Positions 49,001 through 62,713 of a DNA stretch of 64,000 nt are shown one piece after another. A program made the translations under genes and the position numbers. The DNA is from Trichosphaerium sp. ATCC 40318 (Eukaryota > Protista > Tubulinea): NCBI GenBank assembly GCA_038496445.1, contig JALMLS010000253.1, forward strand, positions 62,001 to 126,000, written 5' to 3'. The notes beneath the pieces are model-generated. The model saw only the letters and a list, made by a program, of their open reading frames with translations, had not been told where the DNA came from and did no database searches. Every line of letters starts with the position of its first letter. The stretch's first letter is position 1.

Positions 49001-50424
49001 GCAGCGTATAAAGCTTCCTAATTTGTTATAAATCATCAAATAATATATCTCATACATGTCCTTACACGTAATAAGCGTCCTTGAGTAACAACAATAATAT
49101 CCTCTGCTGATTTTTGTTCACGTTTTGAAATGTACATTTCAAGCTCATCTGGTTTTACATCATTGTCTTTCCTGGGCACTTTAGAATCTTCAACTTCGAT
49201 TTCTTTTTGTTTAACTACTGTAGGTGACTTGTTTGAAACTTGTTTCTTTGGTTTTATATCAGGTACAGGCGCCATAACCTCATTGGGAGGTGGCTTCTTT
49301 GAATCAAAAAGAGAAGGTATTGAAAGTGAGGACAATATTGAAGAAGCTCCTTCAGTCATAAATGACGGTCCTGTAATGCCACTTGAAGAATTATTTGACA
49401 TGCTAAAAGTATCCTTTGGTAGTGATGGAAGTAAAGGCAAAGGAGAAATCTGCATAGAAATATCAGGTTTTCTTTCAGTCCCAAGAGACAAGATTGTTGC
49501 TTTTAATCAAGTTAGTTAAGGAAAAAAAAGGCGCAGAAATTTTTTTCTTTGATTGTTTTTGACGTACTTGGCGCACGTGTGAACATCTCATAAGAATCTT
49601 TCGATTTTATTTTGAATCCAGTAGAAGGAATTTGCTTGATTTCACTATTGTTAGGCATAGGAAATGATATACTACCTTGGGAACAAAATGTTAACTTTGA
49701 AACTTTTTTGGTTCATAACAAAAAAGCTGCATAGGTTCGTACTTTGACCTGGTATGCTTCCGAAAAGCGTTTCACTATCTGGATAGTATAATGATCGTCT
49801 GTTTTGTTGATATTATGTAAGCATTAAACAAGTTGATGGTGAACACTGATTGGTTTTTTGATAAAAGAATTTTTTGTTGAAGTACGAGAATAGTATCCTG
49901 TTTGGTTTTTGCGTACTTTGATTTGTTTTCTTTTATAATTTGAATTGATTTGGCGCCCATAGTTGGCGGTTTATTTTTCGGTGATGCTAGCAATTGCAGG
50001 AATAGTAGCATTGACGCCTTGGTATCTTTTGAGAGCGTATTAAAGCTGAAAAAATCATTAGAGCTTTACAAGCTATTACATTTAAATAAACAAGTTAAAA
50101 CGGCGTTAAATGGAACGCAGCAAGCGTTGAACGCAAAATTAATCTACATACGCATTAAAACGTTGACTGAGCAAATTCAACGCATTTGCAGTATCATTGT
50201 CGCCATTTAAACGCAGTTCATACACTGTAGACGAAATAAAGAGCGGATCAAAGTGTTTTTTCGCTTTCTACCATATTATCAGCGCTTTACGTTGTAGGCA
50301 ACCAACGCACCACACCACTTTGTTCTAATAGAGTTTCTAGAGCTTGAGCACGTGCTTTTGATGGATTGGAAGGATTAGCAGCCACATGCTGCACCAGTGC
50401 TGAAAACTGTGCTAGTAACGCCAT
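46074..50424 (-). CDS. TUBGCP6: Gamma-tubulin complex component, GCP6-like
   Basis: GRIP2 motifs YPIQFPLSVMVT..YNKIFRLLLRL, RHQMHLFI and LDFNHYY*. The N-terminal segments YELRLNG..TANAL and LLFLQLLA resemble the GCP6 N-terminal domain. Confidence 0.75.
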
Positions 50425-50504
50425 GGGCTTGTCATTAATACATTGTAGGCGGAGATAATGGAATTACACGGTCAAACGAGTTCATTTTGTCGCGTGTAGC
50501 GCAG

Positions 50505-51301
50505 ATGGAGTCAAAAGCGCCTGTTGTCAAAGTAGAAATACGAGACAATTCTAAACAAGTTGTTTTCGAAACACCAGAGCGTATCTCTGTGAAGGAACTC
50601 TACAATAAGTCATTAACGCCGGGAGCTCCTTTATCCATTGCTAAGGTACGTGAAAACGTTCTTTTACGCCCGCGACATTATTTTACAACCGGTGTAACCC
50701 TAATGAAGGTTTTCGTTGATCCTGGGATTACTACACAGCTTCATAGCCTTAGTGGTACGTACAAAGTGTCAAAATTACCTAACACAATGTAGTCAATGAA
50801 CACTACATCATTCTCAAAGGTGCGAAAACACGAAAAATTTATGTACCAATTTAGTGATCAGAGGTGTTCTCATTAACATATCAGAAGCGCCAGAAACGTT
50901 ACCAAGGCTGTGGTTTGGTGATCTTCACAACTAAGAGGCTTGAAACCTTGCTCTGAATTGTTATAAGCTTGTAACGTTTCTGGTGTTTTCAAAGCTTTTG
51001 GGCAGTTTATTGAACTCTCATTTTCTTGTCTGACTGTTTTTGCAGGACAAGGAAAATTACAATTAGGTGACATGTTACAAGATGTAAAAGCTGATGATGT
51101 TGCTACTATACCGGCTGGATGTCCACAAAGGGTAACAGATATCTGTCTCTGTTTAACAAAAAAACTTATCAATTTTTTTTAAAACAGATTACAAATACTG
51201 GTAAGGAAGAACTTGTCTTTCACTGTATTTGTATGCCATCGTTTGATGTAGCATGCTACAAAAACTTAGAAGAGGATGCTAAACAAGAACCAAGTAAGTG
51301 A
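50505..51301 (+). CDS. Cupin_2 domain protein
   Basis: LSIAKVFVDPGITTQLHSL..EHYIILKGQG..IPAGCPQRITNTG..VFHCICMPSF..YKNLE. Confidence 0.85.
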
Positions 51302-51573
51302 TGACATTGCCACACCTTGTGATCTGCTGGTATACCCTCAACCTTGTAGAGGAATGACATAGATAAATAAACTCTGCTCTTGAGATATCTTCAGGGACAG
51401 GTGTTCCCCGCCTACGACTGTCTTCGTTGTTTATTGGTGGCTCAAGGACTGGTCTAAGTATACCTAATATTCGAGACAAAGACACAGAATGTAATGTAGT
51501 GACAACCTTGACAGGCTGTGAGTAATTCTTAATTACTGGAATTAATAATCGTTTAATTTTTTTTTCTGTTGTT

Positions 51574-54500
51574 CTATGTTTGTACAATGCTTGCTAAATC
51601 TTTACATAGCTCCTTATATTTATAGCTAATATTATTACGTGGTACGTAAAGCTTATTACTCCTTAGTTTCTTATAATGAGTTTGAATAATTGTAGAGAAT
51701 AGCATATAATTATCAAGTAATTTCTTTAATGCTTCACGGAAGATTGACATGCCTAATATGATATTATTAGTAAGTCACATACAGATAACACACAGATAAA
51801 CTTTTGAAAGCATTGTGAAGGAAAAGCAACTCAACTTAGAGTCATGGTAAACCATGAAAGTAAATTTTTTTTTCAGAACAAGAATGAATTTCTGACTTGA
51901 AAGTCCGTACCCAGTCGGAAATTAGAGTAACTTCTCATTATTTTCACGTTGATAGTTTGAATCGCTTGTTCCCATGTCTTTGAAAATTTTTCCATTACTT
52001 GCAATACTTGTGCTGCAACAACAGTTAAAAAGATACAATAAAAAAATGGATTAAAACAGGTAATATTTTTTTTCCGTTTAAAAGTACAGCAACATACCTT
52101 CTGATGCTTTAGGTTTAACAATTTGCCGAGTACCTAACACACCAATTTAGTTAACTACTTACATAACAACCATCACTGTACCTTTATCATCTTCAACAGT
52201 GTTATCTTTTACAAACTTGAAAAGCTGAGCGAAGTGTTTCTCTGAACAGAAGTCACAAATGAGTTAAAAAAAAATAGAGTAGTGGCTTCGTACGTAGCAC
52301 GATATCAATATATTTCTTCGTATAGTTGTCTCTTATTTGCATATAATGAAGACTCTCCTCTGAGTGCTCACTACGCTCCTAAAAAATAAAGAGTGAGCAA
52401 GTTGGTGGACCAGGTAAGTAAAAAAAAAAGTGTTCAAACGTACTATGATTACTGTAATGATGAGGTCATAGTTATTAGTTAGGAATATAATCTTTTCTGC
52501 TGTAGTCTGGAAGTTTGTTGCCAAATGTTTAAGAAGGTTTCCAAAGGCAGTACGCAATCTTTTCAAGAGAGCAGCAGGCGCAAAAACCTATTGACAAAAT
52601 GAGTAATCTTCCAAAAAAAAAAATTTGATTTAGGCATCAAGAAGTCTTACCTTTACGCCTTGTCTAGGTGCTGTCAAGAAAATAATTGATGCAATAAATT
52701 CAGCAAATCGACGTGTTATCTAAAGAATAATTAGTATAATAAGTACTATGGTTTTCAGGAGGCGCACATAGTGAGATCTAATGTCCTTAAGCTCATTGCT
52801 TAAGTTTTTTAGATTAGCATTATTAATGCTTTCAACGTTCATGTTTGCTACTTCTATGAATCTACAACGAACATCAAAAAATATAAAGGACTGAGTAGTT
52901 GATTGTAAGGAGTAAAAGTAGTACCGGCTGAAAAGGATGGAGCTCATAGAGTCAAAGTACTTATTCAAAGCATCTTCTTTTCTTTCAGTCATTATATTTT
53001 GATAACATCTTGTAACACATAGGTTTGTTAAAATACCAATAGCATCGTAACTGTGGCTTATTACAGACGTAACACTATTCTATACAAAAAGTTAGATACA
53101 ACTAAAAAACAAGACTAACAAGTGAGCACTTTCTGGTTTTCATACAACTAAAAAACAAGACTAACAAGTGAGCACTTTCTGGTTTTCCAGAAAAAAAAGT
53201 TTGAACAGCAAAAAAAAAGTTTCCTCTATTCTTCATTATCACGTGCGTGATAAATTATGTTTACGCCTGAATTAAAAGAAAAAATAGTTTAAAAAACGTA
53301 CACTGAATAAATCAATAGTGCCAGCAAAAATTCGATTACAAACGCCACTTGAAGAAAAGAAGTCCTAAAGAAAAAAGTTAACCAAACACTAACAAAAGGT
53401 AAGTACGTACTCTTGTAAAACTAGTTTCATCTGAAGCTATGGTAACTAGCAAGTGATTTGTAGCACTGAACAGTTCTTCATATGTGAATTTTAGCTTATT
53501 GGCATAAGCATGTGTTACATCTGGGAAAGGAAGACCGGCACCCAAGTTACTAAGAACCTTAAACAACAACATGAGTATCAAAAACAAACAAGAAGTGGTA
53601 CTGTACCTTTTGTCTTGAAGCAAGAGAAAACACACTAGCTCTATTCTTACTAATCTTTTGTGTAAAAAAACCTTTAAGGTATCGTTAAGGCTTATAATTG
53701 CTCCAGGAGGGCGAACTCCAAAAAAAAACGTTTTGAAGCATTTTGTTTAAAGGATACTGCGGATCTTGCTTTCGGTTACAGCAATAAGGTCATGCTTTCC
53801 TGCCAGTTCAAGCTTAAGGCATATTATTAGCAAGTTTTAACAACAGTAAATTAAATGTATAAGTACATGAAGCTTAGAGATGTGACGAATGTAGTTTGTC
53901 TTAAAATACTGAGTGTATATCTTATCAGTAATAGCAATGTACTCCGACAATATCTATTGAAGAAATTAAACCAGGAAACAAGGGACGAAATACAAAAACA
54001 AGTAAAGCTTCAGGGCGAGTTTCATAGACTTAGAGAGCGCCTTTTGGAAACGCGAAAAAATTAGGAAAAACACCTCTAAAAAAAAACGTACAGCAGAAGC
54101 TGCCACTTTCTTGTGTCGTGCAAGGAACTTAAAAATATAATTCATCTCTGATAAGTTTGCTTGTGCTCTCCTTAATTCCTCCAAGTTTGTTGTACCTTGT
54201 AACAAATTTTGTCTGACCCACTTTTCAATACGTATACAAGTCTACAAAAAAAGTAAACAAAAAAAAACAGAAGCAAACCTTTCAAAACTTATTGGATTTT
54301 TTTCTCAGCATCACGTGACTGTTTAGTAAAAATTGTAAACGGTATCATTTACGACGTTGTTAGTAATGAGTCACGATTTAACGAACCTTTTCTGTGAGTA
54401 TTGTAATACGCCTAGATAGGCCATCTACAGAGCGTATTTTTTTACCTTTAATAGCTTTATAATAAGATACTTTTTGTGCAAATAAAACTAGCCATTGACT

Positions 54501-55770
54501 AAACTCTGCATTGATAGGAAAATTCTCAACAGCGCTAAATACAACATGTTAATTACACAGACATTCATATATTTAAAAAAAAAACAACAATTGTGTGCTA
54601 CGCACTTCAGTAGATTCTCTGGCATATTGATCTCATTAACAAATCTACTGATATCTTTTTGAACCTCCTAGAAATGTATACATTATGACAAGGTAATCGT
54701 AAATAACGTTGATAAAATACAAATAGTTGCATAAGTACTGTCAAGCGTAGTTCTACAACGGATTGACGCCAAAACAGTAAAAATCAAATATTGTACTTAA
54801 AACAGAATAAAAAAATCAGATTTGAATATTCACCGTACTTGTCTATTACTCAAACGTTTCTCACTTTCTCTTGCGCTTTCTTGCATATATTTTATATCCG
54901 CAGATATTGTGCTAAGATCTTTTTGAAAACCAGCTGTCACGTGTCAAAATGTCATAAAAATACAAAAAAAAAAATGAATGCTCAAAAACGCTGTGTTTTA
55001 ACCCTAGTTTTCAAATAAAACACCAAGCTTTACTTACCCATAATTGTTTCCATCTGACCAAGTATATCGTCACAGTCACCCATATCAATATACAACTTCG
55101 CCATTTCCTCTCTCTGTGAGAAATCTAGTTGTTAAGGCTAGTAACAAAGACAATTCGTCCGATTTTTTGGAATGCTTGAAAAAAGAAATTTGGTTGTTTT
55201 GGATACAGTCATCAACCGATTGTTTTTGTGTTTGTGCCAAACGATCAGATATTTGTTGTGTGTACGATTTAAGGTCGTTTATCTAAAAACAATGAGCGGA
55301 CATTTTAGAAAATAGCCAAACCTCGTTTAACGCCTCTTTTACGAGTGGGTCATTCATAAACTGAGCGATATAGCCACCGTCAAGATCTACGTGTTAACAA
55401 AACAGTTAGATACTAGAAAATTTTCTCTCTGTCAACCTTTAAGGTCATCTGCGATATTTGTACTCGTAAAATCGAGGTTGCCAAACTCTAACTCGTTTAT
55501 ATCCTAAAAACCACGTCAATCGAAGGCATAAGCGTGTATTTGTACGATTTGGTCCTTTTGACTGGTTTCGCGTCTTAATTCAGTTTCTTCGTCACTATCG
55601 TCGTTTGCGAGCACTGAATCTTTACCAATTAGCTTAGACAACTGCTCACTGAGATGTTTCTGCTGATTGGGTGAAGTGCCAAGTAACATGTTTCTAGCCA
55701 CATCTTCTTCCTTGTTATGAGGTAGATCAATCTCCTCATCTGTTGTATTATTATCAGTAAATGCGCTCAT
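51574..55770 (-). CDS. VPS52: GARP complex subunit Vps52
   Basis: YEELF..HLLV, YDAIGI, LNKYFD, HYITRRFAEF, IFLTNNYDLII and IMRSYSNF motifs, plus an acidic N-terminus. Confidence 0.9.
53096..53187. repeat. Perfect 46-bp tandem duplication in a VPS52 intron
   Basis: ATACAACTAAAAAACAAGACTAACAAGTGAGCACTTTCTGGTTTTC occurs at 53096-53141 and again at 53142-53187. Confidence 0.9.
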
Positions 55771-55980
55771 GGCGTTGAGGCCAAACGAGGAAACAATAGC
55801 TCAAACTTAATCGCTAGTTAAGTTAAGGCACAACTGTGGTTGGAATCTCTCACCTATATTATACAAGTTAACAATACTTGATATTCGTAGTTGGTTGTTA
55901 TTTGTATTTGATTATTTTTCTTTTGACAACACGTGCAACAAGTTAAGTAGCAAAGTCAGATATGATTGCTTGTTTCTTTA

Positions 55981-58900
55981 TTAGCAAGGTCTGAAAATTG
56001 CACAAGGAAGAACACTGGCCTCTTGGAATAATACAATCTCATCGAAAATTACCTTTTCTTTTTCGTCAACAGGAGGTTTAAACTTTGATGTGATAGGAAC
56101 CTACAACATGTGGTTAGAATAGATTCCTCTAATATATTACTAACCCAGTGAGAATCATGACTTCCAACATTAGACTTTCCCATTAATCCGTCATCCTTGA
56201 AGTCCTTATGTATTACAGGATAAGGATGACCTAATGCGCATATTGCAAGAAGCAATACAGGGTTTTCTTTAAGCAGTCAGTACAATGATTGTTCATTTTA
56301 GCTTACTATGGTTTTTTCTGTATACCCTCCATGCATATTCTGCTTGAGGAGTACCGTACATGCCTTTACCATACCAACCTTCATCTAACCGCTGCAGAGA
56401 AGCGAATCCTGTACTACAAATTTTAAGAGCAATGTCAAGTGAAGTACAATGCCAGAAAGGTACAAGAGTTGCATTAGTTGCTACGAAACAAAGTAAGCAT
56501 AAACCAATCTAACGTTGTCCTACCTTTTGCGCTACTTGATCGCATGTGCCATTTACGTAACCTCTCTATGGCAGTTGTACGAGCCACAAGTTCTTCTGGT
56601 GTTGATTCGTCGGGCCTAATAAGATATCAGCCAAGTAAGTATGTTCAACAAGCTAACCATTTTGGCTTAAAAGCATCTTTGAAATGTCTTCCATGTAGCT
56701 TTTTAAGCTCGCTTTTGAATTGTTTAAGGTGTTCACCATTTATAACAGCGATGATGTCTTTCACAGCAAAGAGTTCTTCTCCTAGAGTAGTACGGAGTAG
56801 TTTCATTAAGCTGTCATATTCCTTCACATACATTAATAGTTTTTTTAATTCTCTATTACCTCTGTAAATGTACTACGCTTTATGACCATACTCTTGAAGC
56901 TCTGACTTTCATCTAGGGCCCATTTTATACTCTTCATTCTTGATGAAAACTCGTAAGGGCAGTGCTTGTTCCCTAAATGACATCCAACTTCCACATTGCC
57001 ACAACGAGGACAACTAACTATTTCCACTTGTTCAAGAAAGAATCCACCAGTTCGGCATTTGCTACAAATAAGTGGAAGCCTTTATTGCGAAGAGTCAACA
57101 TGGAGAAACGACTGTTTAGGCGGACGTACTTGGCATTGACAAGGTTATTATCTTCCAAGTGTTTAATCACCTTATACCATTTGTTATTACTACTCATGAC
57201 ACGTGCGTTTCCGAAAATATACAGCCCACATTTGGCCCTAGATAGACCAACACACATACGTTGCTCAGAGGATAAGTATCCCAAAGCCTTGCTGCGTACC
57301 TAACAAAAACGTTCACTCATTAGGAACAAAGAAGAAAACGTACCAAAGACACAATAATGTACTCGTTTTCTTCTCCCTGGAACCTATCAATCGTTTGAAC
57401 GTTTATATCATTCAGCTTCATATTGTTGCGTTTGAGCCTCAAAATCCTGACCTAAAAGCAGTGTTGGAAGAATCCAGTATTAAGACTAACCTGTCCAAGG
57501 TATGCTCCCAAAATTGTGATTGATGTTTGTTTTACACCATTACCAACCATCCAATTTGCAAGAGTGAGAACTAACTCAGCTTCCTTTACGTTTTCTTGGC
57601 TACGACTTCCAGTTGAGTTTTTTTCTTTATGATTGTGTGATAAAAAGAACAGAGAAGGCTCAACACACGTGCTCCTTGAGTTAGTTGAAACCTGTCGCCA
57701 GTCAGATGAGTTTTAAGAGAGCATTAGTACCCTTGGGCTGTCCTTCAAGTGCGGATATATTCCTGCAACACGAAGTAGTTCTGCAAACTCAGGACGCATT
57801 CTATTTTGTTGTCCAAGTACAACAAGAGGAGCTAAATTGTTTACTAGACGCTCAAAAATAGATACATCAAAGTTGTTATTTCTCTTCAAATGATGCTCTT
57901 CTAAGTTTGGTCTCAATTGCTTGTGATCACCTGTTATTAAAGTTAATGCAGTTACCACGTGAACAAATGAGAGTTAATTACCAATTAATATTATGTGCTC
58001 AAGTGTAGGTTGCAGAGTAGCAATGAAGTTTGACTCTAACACTTCTGCTGCTTCTTCAACAATCAATACTTTTGGCTCTATCATAGCCATCAATTCGACA
58101 TTCAATGCAAATCCCGTAGTTGTCATTCCAATAATAGAAGAATCTTCAAGGATTTGCTCGTGAATTTGTCTCTTCAATTGTGCATGATCTTCTTGAGCTT
58201 CTTCGTATGCTTTGATTAACTTAGTAGATTTTTCTTTGGCTTTTTGCAGAAACCTAAAAAGCGAGTTAAGTCAATAAACTTAAGCGATGTTCCTTACCTT
58301 GCTTTCCATATTGTAAATAGACGAATTCGTTGCTCCATATGCAAGTCTGTTAGATCATCTGTTGTTAATAATATTGAGTCTTTTGCACCATTGCTTTTAA
58401 CGTTCACAGATAGATTCGAGAGTCTTACACGTCTGTAGTCAACATGAGTTCTACGAGCAAGTTGCCTGTGTTTTTCGATTTCTTCAACTTCTTCTTCATC
58501 TATTTCTTCATGATCTTCCTTAGTTTTGAGATCATTCATATTAGAACTAATATACATCATTGTTTGAGTCGAAAAACCGTTTTAGTAAGACGCACTTTGG
58601 AGTCACGTGTGGTGATTGACTTTTTAAAATTTTCTTCAAACGTTTTGCAGGAATCCATTGTTTGAAGCCTTCAAACAAAGCGTTTCGCGTATTTTTCGTC
58701 AGATGATCTCTATCAACATCACCTACACTTAACTGCACAGTTGCGAGACTTCGTTTTTGTGCTATCGAAGCAGAAACCATAAAAATATCAAAATTTGAAG
58801 GGCTGGATAGCTTGTTAAAGTTAGTGGCAATCTTGGTCTCCAAAGTTCGTAGTGTATCTTTTGTGTTCATATAATCGCTGTAAATATCACGATCCACTTT

Positions 58901-61373
58901 TCTAGAACTGAACAGAGATGTTTCCTTCTTGTATAGCATGTACGGTTCAAGAATCGGAAGCTGACAACTAAGCAAACATAAGTATTTTCAAAAGTAGAAC
59001 TCATACCGTCCTCCAATACGCGTCATTGCCTTACAAAACTTTAAGCACGATGAAAGAAATTGATCCAAGCAGTGATTCTTGTAAGTTACAACAACAACAG
59101 GGCCATCAGGATTAGCACTTAAGATCATCTCTGTCAACTTCAACGCAACATATGTCTACATAAAGAATAAACATTCTTGTAGCACGTAACCAAAAATTTT
59201 AGTACTACCTTTCCAGCGCCTGGAGGACCTTGTATGAGAGCGATAGGATTTTTCATTACATTGGCTATAGCTTCAAACTGTGTATCATCTACCAACGTGC
59301 TAAACTACTTGTTAAATCTATTACATTAATAAAGTTATACCAAACGTGTTTATAGCTTGGAAGCTGAGATGAACGAATAATCATTGAATGCCCAGTGAGA
59401 GGTTTTATGTCTACTACACCTAAGTACTCAGGTATCTTTTCGTAAAATACACCTATGGGATTTATTATTTTCTAGTAGTACTACTTGAAACAACTTACCA
59501 TCTACAAGAGACTCTGAGAAAGGTAAACTATCAGAGGAGAAATCAAGCAATCTTTTCAGTACGGGCTGATATGCTCTGTAATATGCTGGACTTTCTACCA
59601 TAACAGCATTCTTCCATTTTGACATAGTTTCCAGGGCTTCATACGTGTCCATTTCTTCCACTTTGACTAGTATCGTATCCTTTTCTATCACGCAATTGAC
59701 ATTAGATTTTCCTACAAGAACAAAGAAAAGTACGTACTTGGGTCTGGTTCCTTGTTTATTACTGTAGCATAGACGACATTATCATCAAAAGTTCCACTTC
59801 CAGAAAAACATAACAGGTTCCCTTGCATCAAGCTTCTTCCCTTTCTCCAATCTTTGCGTGCTTTGTGCGCTTTAGCTGTTAAGGCAATACCATATCCGCG
59901 ACAATGAGGAGCAAAATATACACCAGCAAGGTTTACGTTTGTAAATACTTTAATATCACGTGGATCATATTCCTATTTTTTAGCGTAAGTATATACCTGT
60001 ATACTACTAATGTCAAGTCATACGGCAGCAAGAATATTCTTCATGCCACGTGCAAGTGCAGTGAAGCAATCAGCTCGAAGTAATCGAAAATATGTATCCA
60101 AATATTCATCGGCGTCGTCATAAGGCCCACTTGTTTTCACAATAGGTAGAGGCGTTTCTAAGATCGTCTCTTTGCCAATAAATTCTTCTAATAGTTGGAG
60201 TTAACACCACAACGGATAACAAAAGGACAGCTGAAATACCTTGAGCTGGAAATAACGACAGCTCGTGCCATTCCAAAAGTGACACGTGTTGAGTTGGAAG
60301 AATAGCCGAAACTAAATATTCAAGAACCTTGTTACCGCTTTCAGTATCAAGGCTCACCAACATCTCAAACAAAGGCATCACATTCCTGACATACTTGGGA
60401 CAGTACTTTGCGAAAAGACCAAGAAATTCCCATAAATATTCTAACTCGCCACCCTGCTCTAATAAAGCAGCGTATGGATATACTGAGGATTGACTAAGCA
60501 GTGAACTATCTACTGTCGCTAGACCTTCAAAGAGTTTACTTCGTCTAAAAAATAATAGTGGTGAGCCTGATTCAACCAGCTGTACAAGTACCTTGATGTG
60601 TCCTTTATTATTTGGAGCATTATAAAACATTTTCTTAGTACTATTGCAGTGACGGCAGAGTTCCATGATTTTGATACCATAAAGCCTTTCCAGACGTGCG
60701 GGAACTAGTGACATTAACAAAGAAAAAGAGGATACGGTGCATAAGAGGTGGTTACCTGAGTGATTAATGAAAAAACTTGAAGAGGTGTCTTTTTCATGAG
60801 GATATTACCGAAAGCTCTACAATCTTCAGCGGCCTGGCAACGCACCCAAGTAAGAGATTTAGCCCAAAAAGAGCCCTTGTGTTCTCGGTAACTACCGCTG
60901 ATGATATTTCCTTTTTGGAGTAACTCACGTAATAAAGCTAAAGCGACAGGATCCAAAACATTAAAATTAGAAGCCCTGGAAATAAAAAAAAATAATTAAA
61001 AAACACCAAACAAACCTTTGTCAAGAAAAAAAATCACGTGCCTGAACTTAATTTCGACTGTACTATCGTTCAAAAGAACGAGTTTGCCGAATAAGTCGTC
61101 ATTTTGTTTGTTCAAGACGATGACTCTCCCTTTATTGAAATCTACGTTCGTCGACCTCTTGAAAGGTGATTTAAGCAATGGAGGATCGAACTTGTTCTGT
61201 TTCACTTTGTGATATGCGTTCGGCTTTTTTCCTTGCTTGGCGCTGTTCCCTTTAATACCTTTCTTGGCGTTTCTTTGCTTATTGGAAGCCTTTGGAGCCT
61301 TTGAACGCTTTGCGTTACGCTTACGATTATTGCGCTTCTTTGGAGGCGGTTTATTAGGTTGTCGCTCTGCCAT
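55981..61373 (-). CDS. ZNFX1-like Upf1-family SF1 helicase with C-terminal PARP-like ADP-ribosyltransferase domain
   Basis: ZNFX1-type motifs: YLDTYFRLLRAD, LMQGNLLCF, MVESPAYY, QGPPGAGKT, TYKNHCLDQFL, GMTTTG, EEAAEVLE, GDHKQLRP, DRFQGEEN and RMCVGLSRAK. Then a short Cys cluster and ART motifs FWHCTS, GWYGKGMYGT..AEYA and FDEIVLF..SVLP. Splice phases are continuous from helicase motif VI to the stop codon. Confidence 0.85.
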
Positions 61374-61588
61374 GAGATAACCTTGCTCTCAGAGACTTAA
61401 CTACACTACGGCGTCAAAAACAATCAAGAATAGTTTTGACATTTTGAAGCTGTCAAAACCAAGCCTGATAATTTTTTGTCTGATACTAATCTATCCGTAA
61501 GTGTACTTTTTCTGTTACTTACTTCTTTGCATTCCCTTTATATATCTTAATGATTGCAACAACAGAAATTAAACCAACGCTGAAGAGC

Positions 61589-62440
61589 ATGAAACCAACC
61601 AAAAAGCAAAAAACAGCCAAAACACTGAAGTTAGCTCAATATTTTTATTAGAGCTAGCCTTGCTTTATATGTAGTTTACTTGTTCTTTAACTACTTCTTG
61701 CAATTTCAGAGAAACGCTCCAACTTAAAGTGCTAGCGAATAACAGCCTAATATACTGGAAAACCAGATTTCTTACCATGTAAACAAAGGTCAACTATTTT
61801 CAACAAATTAAGAGAAGAATTGGAATGTAAACAACCTCAGATTACAATGTTTGGTAAGAAGGTTAATATACCTCGCTTACAGCAATGGGTGGCCGATCCA
61901 GGTAATACTTCATTGTCAGCAAGAAATACCACGAGGCTCAGTTTTTCCTCTTTTTTTCGTTCTTTTTGATTGATAGTTTTCTATAGGTGTTAAAGCGGAG
62001 TTATTTCTGAAAACAACACAACTACCTTGGTTTCCAGAGATTTTAGAAATCAAGAAACAAATTGAAGGCATTCTAGACTTTAAATTCGATTGTTGTTTGA
62101 TACAACTGTACAAAAATGGAAAAGATAGCAATGGATACCACAGTGATCGTGAAGCAAATCATAAAGTAACTTACAATACCTCTATAATAACAACTTCATA
62201 AATATGGTATTGTATTAATCATACGTTTAGGGAAAGAATGTAATTGCATCTGTATCTGTGGCCACAAGACGTTTTGTTTATAAGGATAATTATGATAAAA
62301 AGAATTAAGTTGAGTATAAGCTTATATCAAGTAGCTTGATTGTTATGGCAGGTGATACACAAAAGCACTGGAAGAACGCTATCCTCAAACAACCTAAAAT
62401 AACAGAACCAAGGAATAATCTAACGTTCAGAAAGTCTTAA
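61589..62440 (+). pseudogene. AlkB-family (ALKBH2/3-like) dioxygenase, probable pseudogene
   Basis: IPRLQQW, LYKNGKDSNGYHSD, IASVS and RNNLTFR are present. There is an in-frame TAA at 62306-62308, the distal Fe-ligand His is changed (WKH to WKN), and the Gly is missing from the SxGA motif. Confidence 0.75.
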
Positions 62441-62713
62441 CATATTCAATGTACATTAGGTATGCTATTTAATAAAAGTATGCTTATACGCTTTGAGGTT
62501 TCTCGTGGACGACAAACATTCTGGAGAAGTCATGTTGTTGCTGTACTAGGCGAAAGAAATTGGTATCAAAAGTGCAAAATGACAGCTAAAACACGTGCTT
62601 AAAATACTAGACAGTCATGATGGCATTCAGGTTTCACTTGTAGCGATTTATGATAAAGGTACATTTTATTTCTACATTGCAAAGCACGTGATGTGCATTG
62701 TTGGTTATACGTT

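Noticed and set aside
61876-61885. CTTACAGCAA resembling the dictyostelid Class I RNA motif
   Set aside because: It lies inside AlkB coding sequence (RLQQ) and has no enclosing terminal stem.
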